A stretch of 64,000 bases of DNA, taken from assembly GCA_026770705.1 (NCBI GenBank), contig JANJGN010000007.1:88536001-88600000 (forward strand), written 5' to 3'. Position numbers and translations under genes: made by a program. Source of the DNA: Isurus oxyrinchus. Its lineage: Eukaryota. Within the stretch, counting starts at the first letter, position 1, and each line of letters opens with the position of its first letter. The notes beneath the pieces were generated by a model that was given only the letters and a program-made list of their open reading frames with translations, ran no database searches and was not told the origin of the DNA. Shown in pieces: positions 37,233-50,329 of the stretch.

Positions 37233-40200
37233 CCCCCACCCGATACTGCTGGCCCCCTCCACCCGACACCGCTGGCCCCCTCCACCCGACACCGCTGGCC
37301 CCCTCCACCCGACTCCCCTCGCCCCCTCCAACCGACACTGCTCGCCCCCCTCAACCGACACTGCTCACACCCCCCCTCACCCGACACTGCTCGACCTCCC
37401 CACCCGACACTGCTCGAGCTCCCCACCCGACACCACTTGCCCCCCCCACCCGACACCACTCACTCCCGCACTCGAAACTGCACGCCCACCCCAACTGACG
37501 CTGCTCGCCCCCAGCACCCGACACTGCTCGCCCTCCCCACCCGACGCTGCTTGCCCTCCCCGCCCAACACTGCTTGCCCTCCCCGCCCAACACTGCTCAC
37601 CCCCCCACCTGACCACCTCATCCGACACCATTCGCCCCTTCAGCCGACACTGCTCACCACCCCCACCCAAAACTGCACGCACCCCCCAACTGTCACTGCT
37701 CGCTCCCACCACCCGAGACTGCTCGCCCCCCCCCCACCCAACACTGCTCGCCCCCTCAACCCAACACCGCTCGACCCCCTCCACGACACCGCTCGCCACC
37801 CCCAAACCGACACCGCTCGCCCCCCCCCCACCCGACACCGCTCGCCCCCTCCACCTGACTCCGTTCACCCCCCCCCACCCGACACCGCTCGCCCCCTCCA
37901 GCCAACACCGCTTGCCCCCCGACCCGACACCGCTCACAGCCCCCACCCAAAACAGCACGCCCCCCCCCAACTGACACTGCTAGCCCCCCCACTCAACACC
38001 GCTCGACCCCCCCCACCCGATACCACTCGCCCCCACCTCCCGACACCGCTTGCCCCCCCAGCCAACACCGCTCGCCCCTCCACCCGACACCGCTCGCCCC
38101 CTCCACCCGACACCGCTCGCCCCCCCCCACCCGACACCGCTCGCCCCTCACCACCCGACACCGCTCGCACCCCCCCCTCCCACCCGACACCGCTCGCCCC
38201 TCACCACCCGACACCGCTCGCACCCCCCCCCCACCCGACACTTCTCGACCTCCCCACCCGACACCGCTTGCCCCCCCACCCGACACCGCTCACCCCCCAC
38301 ACCCGAAACTGCATGCCCCCCCAACTGACAATGCTCGCCCCCACCACCCGACACCGCTCGCTCCCTCCAACCGACACGGCTCGCCCCCTCAACCGACACT
38401 GCTCGCTCCCTCAACCGACACTGCTCGACCTCCCCACCCGACACCACTTGCCCCCCCACCCGACACCGCTCACCCCCCACACCCGAAACTGCATGCCCCC
38501 CCAACTGACACTGCTCGCCCCCACCACCCGACACCGCTCGCCCCCTCCACCCGACACTGCTCGCCCCCCTCAACCGACACTGCTCACCCCCCCCACCCAA
38601 AACTGCAAGCACCCCCCAACTGACAATGCCCGCTCCCACCACCCGAGACTGCTCGCCCCCTCAACCCATCACCGCTCGACCCCCTACACGACACCGCTCG
38701 CCCACCCAACCCGACACCGCTCGCCCCCCCCCCCCCCAACCGGACACCGCTCGCCCCCACCACCCGACACCGCTCGCCCCCCCACCAGACACCGCTCGCC
38801 CCCTCCACCCGACACTGCTCGCCCCCTCCACCCGACACTGCTCGCCCCCTCCACCCGACACCGCTTGCCCCCTCACCCGACACTGCTCACACCCCCCTCA
38901 CTCGACACTGCTCGACCTCCCCACCCGACACTGCTCGACCTCCCCACCCGACACCACTCACCCCCAACCCGAACTGCACGCCTCCCCCATCCGACACTGC
39001 TCGCCCCCCCCACCCGACACCGCTTGCCCCCCGACCCGACACCGCTCACCCCCCCCCAAACCGAACTGCACGCCTCCCCCACCCGACACTGCTCGCCCCC
39101 CCCACCCGACACCGCTCGCCCACCTCACCCGACACCGCTCGCACCCCTCCACCCGACACTGCTCGCTCCCTCCACCCGACACTGCTCGCTCCCTCCACCC
39201 GACACTGCTCGCACCCCTCCACCCGACACTGCTCGCTCCCTCCACCCGACATTGCTCGCTCCCTCCACCCGACACTGCTCGCTCCCTCCACCCGACACTG
39301 CTCGCTCCCTCCACCCGACACTGCTCGCTCCCTCCACCTGACACTGCTCACCCCCCCCCACCCGACACCGCTCGCCCACCCGACACCGCTCACCCCCCCC
39401 CACCCGACACCGCTCGCAACCCTCCACCCGACACTGCTCGCTCCCTCCACCCAACACTGCTCGCTCTCTCCACCCGACACTGCTCGCCCCCCCCCCACCC
39501 GACACCGCTCGCCCCCCTCACCCGACACCGCTTGCCCCCCCCCCCCCCCCACACCCGACACCGCTCTCCCACCCGATACCACTGGCCCCCTACACCCGAC
39601 ACCGCTGGCCCCCTCCACCCGACACCGCTCGCCCCCTCCACCCGACACCGCTCGCCCCCCTCACCCGACACTGCTCACACCCCCCTCACCCGACACTGCT
39701 CGACCTCCCCACCTGACACTGCTCGACCTCCCCACCCGACACTGCTCGACCTCCCCACCCGACACTGCTCGACCTCCCCACCCGACACTGCTCGACCTCC
39801 CCACCCGACACTGCTCGACCTCCCCACCCGACACTGCTCGACCTCCCCACCCGACACTGCTCGACCTCCCCACCCGACACTGCTCGACCTCCCCACCCGA
39901 CACTGCTCGACCTCCCCACCCGACACTGCTCGACCTCCCCACCCGACACTGCTCGACCTCCCCACCCGACACTGCTCGACCTCCCCACCCGACACTGCTC
40001 GACCTCCCCACCCGACACTGCTCGACCTCCCCACCCGACACTGCTCGACCTCCCCACCCGACACTGCTCGACCTCCCCACCCGACACTGCTCGACCTCCC
40101 CACCCGACACCACTCACCCCCGCACCTGAAACTGCACGCCCACCCCAACTGACACTGCTCGCCCTCCCCACCCGACATTGCTCGCCCTCCCCGCCCGACA

Positions 40201-40450
40201 CTGCTTAGCCCCCCCACCCGACCACCTCATCCGACACCACTCGCCCCTTCAGCCGATACTGCTCACCACCCCCACCCGAAATTACACGCACCCCCCAACT
40301 GACACTGCTCGCCTCCACCACCCAACACTGCTCGCCCTCCCCACCCGACACTGCTCACCCCCCCCACCTGACCACCTCATCTGACACCATTCGCCCCTTC
40401 AGCCGACACTGCTCACCCCCCCCACCCAAAACTGCAAGCACCCCCCACAC
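37233..40450. repeat. C-rich satellite/minisatellite block 1 (20-23-bp CCACCCGACAC[C/T]GCTCGCCCC-type units)
   Basis: Directly visible tandem array; homogeneous 23-bp sub-array CCCGACACTGCTCGACCTCCCCA at about 39690-40110. Confidence 0.95.
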
Positions 40451-41144
40451 ATGCACAAGCACACACATCAGAAGTAAGAAAGAATATATGAGTAAGTCCT
40501 TTGCTTGTCCATGAGACATAGATTGTGGAACGTTATGGCCGTTGAAGTTAGATGGTTTCTTGTAAAATTCTGGAGTTGACTTTGTTCAGGTCTGCACTTT
40601 GTTGAAGACACTCTGGCTTCAGAGGTAGAGAGGGAGAAAGAACAAGATCTTTCTTGCTGTTTCTCAGCAGAGTTTCTTAGATGACTGTCATGTTTCTTTT
40701 CCTGCCTTTCCATCTTTCTCTGCCTGGCAGAGCAAATTTTAAACTAATTTTTGTATATTCCTGGAAGGGAATTCAATTAATATGTCTTGCATCCATTGTT
40801 GTAGTTACCAGGTTTTTGCTCTTTCATCTCAGAAACCTTTTGACACATTTTTGAGATATAAATCAACATGAGATGGGGTTGTTTTGTCCTCCACTGGGGG
40901 TTTGGAGTGTCTGGTGGGGTGTAACTGCTGGGTAGCAGTTAACATTGTCTTCACAGATTTAGAGTGAATTAAAAGCCCAGCACTTTGCATTTTCAGGGCC
41001 TTCTTTTCAAGATTCCCTGTTTGAAGTAGGCCTTGACACCCCACCTTGGATGTGAATTCCATGTAACATCTTAAAGCAGTTCTACAGTGCAATCCTTATA
41101 GGAACTTTCCGGAAAAGTGGTCAACCTACAATATCAGACATCAG

Positions 41145-41385
41145 AGTTGAAAACAAAGAAAACTGCGGATGCTGGAAATCTAAAACAAAAACAGAATTAC
41201 CTGGAAAAACTCAGTAGGTCTGGCAGCATCGGCGGAGAAGAAAAGAGTTGACGTTTCGAGTCCTCATGACCCTTCGACAGAACTTCTGTCGAAGGGTCAT
41301 GAGGACTCGAAACGTCAACTCTTTTCTTCTCCGCCGATGCTGCCAGACCTACTGAGTTTTTCCAGGTAATTCTGTTTTTGTTTTT
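41145..41385. mobile_element. Very young fold-back PLE-end insertion (perfect 101-bp palindrome)
   Basis: Arms 41182-41282 and 41284-41384, 1-nt spacer; 15-bp perfect TSD AATATCAGACATCAG at 41130-41144 and 41386-41400. Confidence 0.95.
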
Positions 41386-41827
41386 AATATCAGACATCAG
41401 GTGACTGCTGGTATTCACCTTTGGTCAGTGTCTTTTGTTGTATTTTAAAAAAAAGCAGGTCCTCTTTAAACAATTTTACATGTCTTTGGTTAGCTGGTGA
41501 AGTTGTAGGTAGTTCTCACTCAGTCACTGTTTCCTGTCAATGTGACACAATGCCTGGTGAATGCAGAATCAAGCTCGGTCATGATGGACCCAGTGACTTT
41601 TCAGGATTAGAAAGGGGGAACGGTAATTAAATGAGTTTCTAGGACTCTGCTAGATAGAAGGGAAGGCAAAAGTTGGGGGAAAAATAAGAATAGTTACAAT
41701 AATGCAGCATTTCCTTAAACTACTTCTTCCTAAAGGTCTATAATGAAACCCAGGGCTTGAATCAGATGAGGTACACACTAGGTTCCACAGGTCTATCATC
41801 TCATGAGCTTTATTGTTGTGTTTACAG

Positions 41828-41956
41828 AGGTGCTGCCGCTTGTTCAGTTCTATTTGGAAGAAGGGATTATGGATGAGGAAGCAGTGGCCCTGATTGATCG
41901 TGAGGTGCCCAGGACAGAACTGAAAAAGGACGGGTGGCAAGAAAAGAACATTGGCG
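41828..41956 (+). CDS. IFT122: IFT122 internal coding exon (EVLPLVQFYLEEGIMDEEAVALIDREVPRTELKKDGWQEKNIG)
   Basis: Acceptor tttacag ends at 41827; phase-1 join G+AG = Glu; the exon ends before GTATCCATTT at 41957. Confidence 0.92.
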
Positions 41957-43006
41957 GTATCCATTTTGTAGTATTACCCTGTGTGAAGTGGGCAGCTCAT
42001 TGAAACACTAACATGTAGTGTAACAGAGTGTTGCCCACCTACCAATTGCCAGGCTTTGTTACACTGCAGTGGGACAGGGCCAAGACTTGGCTGGAAAATA
42101 AGAGGGAAAGTCATCTCTAGATCACACTTGAGCATCCCCCATATACTCCTTCAGTCAGAGCTTGGATCACATCGGTCATGGATATATGTTGCTAACAGAG
42201 TGTTGGGGGAGGGGGGGTGTTGGGCGTGGAAATAAAGTATTGAGAAAGAATAATTAGAATATAAATACCTCGTCAATTATTAACCCTTGGCTTAATTTCT
42301 GTACTTTTGGAGTATTAAACAGCGGTGTTACTAATAAGGAAAGTTGTTAGCAGTTGCCAGTGTGGGCTGTGCCTGCTGCTGGTGCAAATCTAACTCCCTG
42401 TGCCACCCAGATTAAGAGCATGAAATAAACTAGTTACAACACAGGCTGTTGAGTGGCTCATCAGCCCTAATAATTGAGGTAAATAATGCTGTGGCCACTG
42501 AGTTAGTGGAGATTTTCAAGGTTAATGACAATTGCCAGGAGTTGGAAAGTGGATATCCATAGCCATGCAGTGGCTGTTGTCAAGGAAGATGAGCTAGCTC
42601 GTCCACAGCTCACCTTGGGGCTGGTAGATTACATCATCAGCAAGGCTCACCTTAGCACCTACAACACAAATCCTGCTGCAGATTTTAGCTCCAACCCACT
42701 GTACCTCATATCCAATTAATTATTTTGGGGTGTGGGTAGGCAAAGCTCGTCTCACAGGCAGCAATGAGTGACATTGACTCTGTTGTAACACTCTAATGCC
42801 TGAATCAAAAGGTTGTCAGTTCAAACTCCACTCCAGAGACATTAGCACATAATTCGGTGCAGTACTGAGTATGTACTGTATCATCAGAGGTGCCATCTTT
42901 TAGGTGCTGTGACTGATGTTCAGTTATGCTGCTGAACTAAATTACTTTTGGTTATGAACTTGTATTTTCCAATATGCTTTGAAACATTTCCTTGGCACTT
43001 TTGTAG
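41957..43006 (+). other. Probable U12-type intron with degenerate signals
   Basis: Donor GTATCCATTT (consensus GTATCCTTT); branch-like TTTCCTTGGCAC at 42987-42998 close to the AG. Confidence 0.65.
42780..42905 (+). mobile_element. 5' fragment of Deu-type SINE (approximate bounds)
   Basis: Similar to the head of 29308-29450 (tgagtca..ctccactccag..gcagtactgag). Confidence 0.55.
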
Positions 43007-43083
43007 ATGCACAGACTCTACAGCTTGAAGACAGTATGGCCAAGATTGAGGCAGATCCATTCACTGCAAAACTGAGCTTTGAG
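43007..43083 (+). CDS. IFT122: IFT122 internal coding exon (DAQTLQLEDSMAKIEADPFTAKLSFE)
   Basis: Acceptor ttttgtag ends at 43006; donor GAG|gtaact at 43084; DPFTAKLSFE is a recalled IFT122 motif. Not in the ORF track, read manually. Confidence 0.92.
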
Positions 43084-43179
43084 GTAACTTGCTGTTAAAT
43101 TAACATACATATGTATGAATCATTTGAGTAATTTTCATCTGACTTCACAGGAAAGGAAGAAGACAAAATACCATTGGTA

Positions 43180-43865
43180 CAAAAGAAGATAAATCAAGGG
43201 GCGGGTGTGGGATCTTATTGAATTTATTAGTTTTTTTAAAAAAACTAATAATGGTGAATGTGATGAGACTGTGATCTTTTGACTTGGAACGATCTAGGTA
43301 GTTTCACCCCAGGATATTAAATGGTGTAGATAAGGACATTGCAGATGTGTTGGTCATTATATTCTAAAGTTCTCTTGATTGGGGAATTACGCTATTGAAT
43401 TGGGAAATTGCAAACATCACTTTATTACTTAAGACAGGATGGAAAAATCTGTCCGTCCAATGTCAGTTGTAGGAAAATAATAGTCATTAGGGACAGAAGA
43501 ACTGAGTACTTGAATTGGTCAGAATCAGCACGTGTTTGTGAATGGTAGGTCATGTCTGGCTTTTTAGTTGTACTTTTTGAGGAGGCCACTGGCATAGATA
43601 AGGGATAGTCTCTGGATGTTACTTATATGTACTTTTAAGAAGCATTTGATCAGTTTTTGCACTAGAGATTGTCTTAAGAAATGAAATACAACAGAATTGG
43701 AGCAAGCCTGCACCATGGGTTGGAAATTGGCTGGAGGTAGGAAACAGAAAATTGAATGAAGTTTAATTGTCAGGAAGTGACAAGTGGTGTTCCACAGGGA
43801 TCGGGGCTGTGGCCTCAGCTTTTCACCGTACCCAGTGACTTGGATGAGGGAATTGAGAGCTGTGT
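43180..43865 (+). mobile_element. Degraded CR1 ORF2 fragment (approximate bounds)
   Basis: aagtggtgttccacagggatcgg RT motif and ttgggaaattgcaaacatcac. Confidence 0.65.
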
Positions 43866-44209
43866 TTAACAATTTTCAGATAAGGCACAGACCTTCTGAC
43901 CACAATAGCAGCAAATGAAGAGATTTCCACTGCTGTTGAGGGTCGCAGTGGCATTGGAAGTTGCAGGCAGTAGATTTACACTCGAACTCCACACTTCCAT
44001 TTTGGCGAAAATACTTCCATGGAAACCGGTAGTGATGGTTCGCCTGTGAACCGTCAGCATGTAAACTTTGCCTATTTGCTCAATGTTACATTGTTTGATA
44101 TCCTGAATTATTAGCGCTGTTCCTAGCGTAAAGTGTAAAGCTTGTGACAGATGTGCAGACATTTAAATCAGGAAGTGTGTCAAAGCACTGCAGCATCCCA
44201 CCACAATTG

Positions 44210-47200
44210 GACAGTGCTCGCCTCCCGCACCTGACACTACTCACCCTCTCCGCCCAATACTGCTTGTCCCCCCCAAACCACCCGACACTGCTCGCCCCCC
44301 CACCTGACACTGCTCGCACCTCCCCAACCGACACTGCTCGCCCCCCTCACCCAACACTGCTCACGCCCCCCTCACCTGACACTGCTCGCCCCCCCTCACC
44401 CGACCACCTCACCCGACACCACTAGCCCCCTTCACCCGACACTGCTCGACCTCCCCACCCGACACTGCTCGACCTCCCCACCCAACACTGCTCGACCTGC
44501 CCTCCCAACACTGCTCACCCCCCCCGACACGACCACCTCATGCGACACCGCTCGTCCCCCCCACCTGACACCGCTCACAACCCCCCCACCCGACACTGCT
44601 CGACCTCCCCACCCGACACCGCTTGCCCCCCCACCCGACACCGCTCACCCCCCACCCGAAACTGCACGCCCCCCCAACTGACACTGCTCGCCCCCTCCAC
44701 CCGACACCGCTCACCCCGCTCAACCGACACTGCTCGACCTCCCCACCCAACACTGCTCGAGCTCCCCACCCGACACCACTTGTCCCCCCACCCGACACCA
44801 CTCACTCCCGCACCCGAAACTGCACGCCCACCCCAACTGACGCTGCTCACCCCCAGCACCCGACACTGCTCGCCCTCCCCATCCGACACTGCTCGCCCTC
44901 CCCGCCCAACACTGCTCACCACCCCCACCTGACCACCTCATCCGACACCATTCGCCCCTTCAGCCGAAACTGCTCACCCCACCCCCCCAACCAAAACTGC
45001 ACACACCCCCCAACTGGCACTGCTCGCTCCCACCACCCGAGACTGCTCGCCCCCTCAACCCAACACCGCTCGACCCCCTACACGACACCGCTCGCCCCCC
45101 CCCACCCGACACCACTCGCCCCCCCCCACCCGACACCACTCGCCCCCACCTCCCGACACCGCTCGCCCCCCCACCCAACACCGCTCGCCCCTCACCACCC
45201 GACACCGCTCGCCCCTCACCACCCGACACCGCTCGCCCCTCACCACCCGACACCGCTCGCCCCCCCCCCCACCCGACACCGCTCGCCCCCCCCCACCCGA
45301 CACCGCTCGCACCCCCCCCCCCACCCGACACCGCTCGACCCCCCCACCCGACACCGCTTGCCCCCCCACCCGACACCGCTCACCCCCCACACCCGAAACT
45401 GCACGCCCCCCCAACTGACACTGCTCGCCCCCACCACCCGACACCGCTCGCCCCCTCCAACCGACACTGCTCGCCCCCTCAACCGACACTGCTCACACCC
45501 CCCTCACCCGACACTGCTCGACCTCCCCACCCGACACCACTTGCCCCCCCACCCGACACCACTCACTCCCGCACCCGAAACTGCACGCCCACCCCAACTG
45601 ACGCTGCTCGCCCCCACCACCCGACACTGCTCGCCCTCAGCACCGGCGCTGCTCGCCCTCTCCGCCCAACACTGCTCACCACCCCCCACCTGACCACCTC
45701 ATCCGACACCATTCGCCCCTTCAGCCGACACTGCTCACCCCCCCCCACCCAAAACTGCAAGCACCCCCCAACTGACAATGCTCGCTCCCACCACCCGAGA
45801 CTGCTCGCCCCCTCAACCCAACACCGCTCGACCCCCTACACGACACCGCTCGCCCACCCAACCCGACACCGCTCGCCCCCCCCCCCAACCGGACACCGCT
45901 CGCCCCCACCACCCGACACCGCTCGCCCCCCCCCACCAGACACCGCTCGCCCCCCTCCACCCAACACTGCTCGCCCCCTCCACCCGACACCGCTTGCCCC
46001 CTCACCCAACACTGCTCACACCCCCCTCACCCGACACTGCTCGACCTCCCCACCCGACACCACTCACCCCCAACCCGAACTGCACGCCTCCCCCATCTGA
46101 CACTGCTCGCCCCCTCATCCGACACCGCTCACCCCCCCCCCACCCGACACTGCTTGCACCTCCCCAACCGACACTGCTTGCACCTCCCCAACCGACAATG
46201 CTCGCCCCCCTCACCCGACACTGCTCACCCCTCCTAATCCGAAACTGCCCGCACCCCCCAACTGACACCGCTCGCCCCCTCCACCCGACACCATTCCCCC
46301 CCCCCACCTGAAACCGCTCGCCCCCTCCACCTGACACCATTCCCCCCCCACCTGACACCGCTCGCCCCCCTCCACCTGACACCATTGCCCCCCCACCTGA
46401 CACCGCTCGCCCCCTCCACCTGACACCATTCCCCCCCCACCTGACACCGCTCGCCCCCTCCAGCCAACACCGCTTGCCCCCCGACCCGACACCTCTCACC
46501 CCCCCATCCGAACTGCACGCACCCCCCACATGACACTGCTTGCCACCCCCCACCCAATACTGCTTGCCCCCCGACCCGATACCGCTCACCCCCCCAACCC
46601 GAACTGCATGCATCCCCCACCCAACACTGCTCGCCCCCCCCCCACCCAACACTGCTCGCCCACCTCACCCGACACCGCTCGTGCCCCCCACCCGACTCCG
46701 CTCGCCCCCCCACCCGACACTGCTTGCCCACCTCACCCAACACCGCTCGCGCCCCCCACCCGACTCCGCTTGCCCCCCCTCCACCCGACACCGCTCGCCC
46801 CCTCCACCCGACACTGCTCGCACCCCTCCACCCGACACTGCTCGCCCCCCTCCACCCGACACTGCTCGCCCCCTCCACCTGACACTGCTCGCCCCTCCAC
46901 CTGACACTGCTCGCAACCCCACCCGACACTGCTCGCAACCCCACCCGACACTGCTCGCACCCCCCCACGCGACACCGCTCGCCCACCTCACCCGACAGCA
47001 CGCGCCCCCCCCCACCCGACACCGCTCGCCCCCCCACCAGACACTGCTCGCCCCCTCCACCCGACACCGCTTGCCCCCTCACCCGACACTGCTCACACCC
47101 CCCTCACCTGACACTGCTCGACCTCCCCACCCGACACTGCTCGCCCCCCCCACCCGACACCGCTTGCCCCCCGACCCGACACCGCTCACCCCCTCAAACC

Positions 47201-50200
47201 GAACTGCACGCCTCCCCCACCCGACACTGCTCGCCCACCTCACCTGACACCGCTCGCACCCCTCCACCCGACACTGCTCGCTCCCTCCACCCGACACTGC
47301 TCGCTCCCTCCACCCGACACTGCTCGCTCCCTCCACCCGACACTGCTCGCACCCCTCCACCCGACACTGCTCGCTCCCTCCACCCGACACTGCTCGCCCC
47401 CCCCCACCCGACACCGCTCTCCCACCCGATACCGCTGGCCCCCTCCACCCGACATCGCTCACCCCCCCCACCCGACACTGCTTGACCCCTGACCCGACAG
47501 CACGCGCCCCCCCCCCACCCGACATCGCTCGCCGCCCCCACCAGACACCGCTCGCCCCCACCACCCGACACCGCTTGCCCCCTCATCCGACACCGCTCAC
47601 CCCCACCACCCGACACCGCTTGCCCCCTCACCCGACACTGCTCACACCCCCCTCACCTGACACTGCTCGACCTCCCCACCCGACACCACTCACCCCCAAC
47701 CCAAACTGCATGCCTCCCCCATCCGACACTGCTCGCCCCCCCACACCCGACATTGCTCGCCCCCCCCACCCGACACTGCTTGCCCACGTCACCCGACACC
47801 GCTCGCACCCTCCACCCGACACCGCTCGCTTCCTCTGCCCGACACCGCTCGCTTCCTCCGCCCGACACTGCTCGCTCCCTCCACCCGACACCGCTCGCTC
47901 CCTCCACCCGACACCGCTCGCACCCCTCCACCCGACACTGCTCGCTCCTTCCACCCGACACTGCTTGCCCCCCCCCCACCCGACACCGCTCGCCCCCCTC
48001 CAACCAACACTGCTCACCCCCCTCACCCGACACTGCTCACACCCCCCTCACCCGACACTGCTCGCCCTCCCCGCCCGACACTGCTTAGCCCCCCCACCCG
48101 ACCACCTCATCCGACACCACTCGCCCCTTCAGCCGACACTGCTCACCACCCCCCACCCAAAACTGCACGCACCCCCCAACTGACAATGCTCGCCTCCACC
48201 ACCCGAGACTGCTCGTCCCCCCCACCCGAGACTGCTCGCCCCCTCAACCCAACACCGCTCGACCCCCTACACGACACCGCTCGCCCCCGCAACCCGACAC
48301 CGCTCACCCCCCCCCACCCGACACTGCTCGCACCTCCCCAACCGACAATGCTCGCCCACCTCACCCGACACTGCTCGCCCCTCCTCACCCGACCACCTCA
48401 CCCGACACCGCTCGCCCCCCCCACCCGACACCGCTCGCCCCCTCCACCCGACACTGCTCAGCCCCCCATCCGACACCGCTCGCCCCCTCCACCCAAAACA
48501 GCTCAACCCCCACCCGACACCGCTCGCACCCCACACCCGACACCGCTCGCCCCCCCCCCCCCACCCGACACCGCTCGTCCACCTTACCCCAGACCGCTCG
48601 CCCACCTCACCCGACACCGCTCGCACCCGACACCGCTCGCCCCCCCCCCCCACCCGACACCGCTCGCCCTCTCACCCGACACCGCTCACCCCCCCACCCG
48701 ACACTGCTCGCACCTCCCCAACCGACAATGCTCGCCCACCTCACCCGACACTGCTCGCCCCTCCTCACCCGACCACCTCACCCGACACCGCTCGCCCCCC
48801 CCACCCGACACCGCTCGCCCCCTCCACCCGACACTGCTCAGCCCCCCATCCGACACCGCTCGCCCCCTCCACCCAAAACAGCTCAACCCCCACCCGACAC
48901 CGCTCGCACCCTACACCCGACACCGCTTGCACCCTACACCCAACACCGCTCGCACCCCTCCACCCGACACTGCTCAGTCCCTCCACCCGACACTGCTCGC
49001 TCCCTCCACCCGACACTGCTTGCCCCCTGACCCAACACCGCTCACCCCCCCACCTGACCCCGCTCGCCCGCCCCCACCCGACACTGCTCGCCACCCCCCC
49101 ACCCGACACTGCTCGCCCCCCCTCCACCCGACACTGCTCGCCCCCCTCCACCCGACACTGCTCGCTCCTTCCACCCGACACTGCTTGCTCCCTCCACCTG
49201 ACACTGCTCGCCCCCCTCCACCCGACTCTGCTTGACCCCTGACCCGACACCGCTCGCCCCCCCCCCACCCGACACCGCTCGCCCCCCCCCCCCCACCCGA
49301 CACCGCTCGTCCACCTTACCCCAGACCGCTCGCCCACCTCACCCGACACTGCTCGCACCCGACACCGCTCGCCCCCTCCACCCGACACCGCTCGCCCCCT
49401 CCACCCGACACCGCTCGTCCCCCCTTCCCGACACCGCTCGCCCCCCTCCACCCGACACCGCTCGCCCCCTCCACCCGACACCGCTCGCCCCCTCCACCCG
49501 ACACCGCTCGTCCCCCCCTTCCCGACACCGCTCGCCCCCTCCAGCCGACACCGTTTGCCCCCCGACCCAACACCGCTCACCCCCCCAACCCCAACTGCAT
49601 GCCTCCCCCAACTGACACTGCTCGCCCGCAGCTCCCGACACTGCTCGCCCCCCCCCCTCCACCCGACACTTCTCACTCCCTCCACCAGACACTGCTCGCC
49701 CCCTGACCCGACACCGCTCACCATCCCCACCTGACACCGCTCGCCCCCCTCCACCAGACACTGCTCTGGCCCCCCACCCAACACAGCTCACCCCCCCACC
49801 CGACACTGCTCTGCCTCCCCACCCAACACAGCTCACCCCCCCACCCGACACGGCTCTGCCCCCTCCACCCAACACAGCTCACCCCCCCACCCGACACTGC
49901 TCTGCCTCCCCACCCAACACAGCTCACCCCCCCACCCGACACGGCTCTGCCCCCTCCACCCAACACTGCTCTGCCCCCCCACCCAACACTACTCACCCCC
50001 TCCACCCGACCACCTCACCCGACACAGCTCACCCCCCCACCCGACACGGCTCTGCCCCCTCCACCCGACACTACTCACCCCCTCCACCCGACCACCTCAC
50101 CCGACACAGCTCACCCCCCCACCCGACACTGCTCTGCCCCCTCCACCCAGCACTACTCTGCCCCCCCACCCAACACAGCTCACCACCCCCTACCCAACAC

Positions 50201-50230
50201 TGCTCACCCCCCCCACTCGACACTGCTTGC
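44210..50230. repeat. C-rich satellite block 2, same unit family as block 1
   Basis: Directly visible about 6-kb array; drifts to ACACAGCTCACC variants near 49780-50200. Confidence 0.95.
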
Positions 50231-50329
50231 CGTCCCCCTGACATTGCGTGCTAACCCACCTCCGCCCGATGCTGAATGCCAACCCTGCCCCACCCTGAGG
50301 AGATGCTGAGCAGGTTTGGCTGGGCAGTG

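Noticed and set aside
39690-40110. Regular 23-bp repeats as a CRISPR array
   Set aside because: Head-to-tail tandem units without unique spacers.
37437-49875. Long Pro/Thr/His-rich and Gly/Arg/Val-rich ORFs (up to 634 aa) on both strands
   Set aside because: They are translations of the C-rich satellite, which lacks stops in most frames; no splice or compositional support for extensin- or mucin-like genes.
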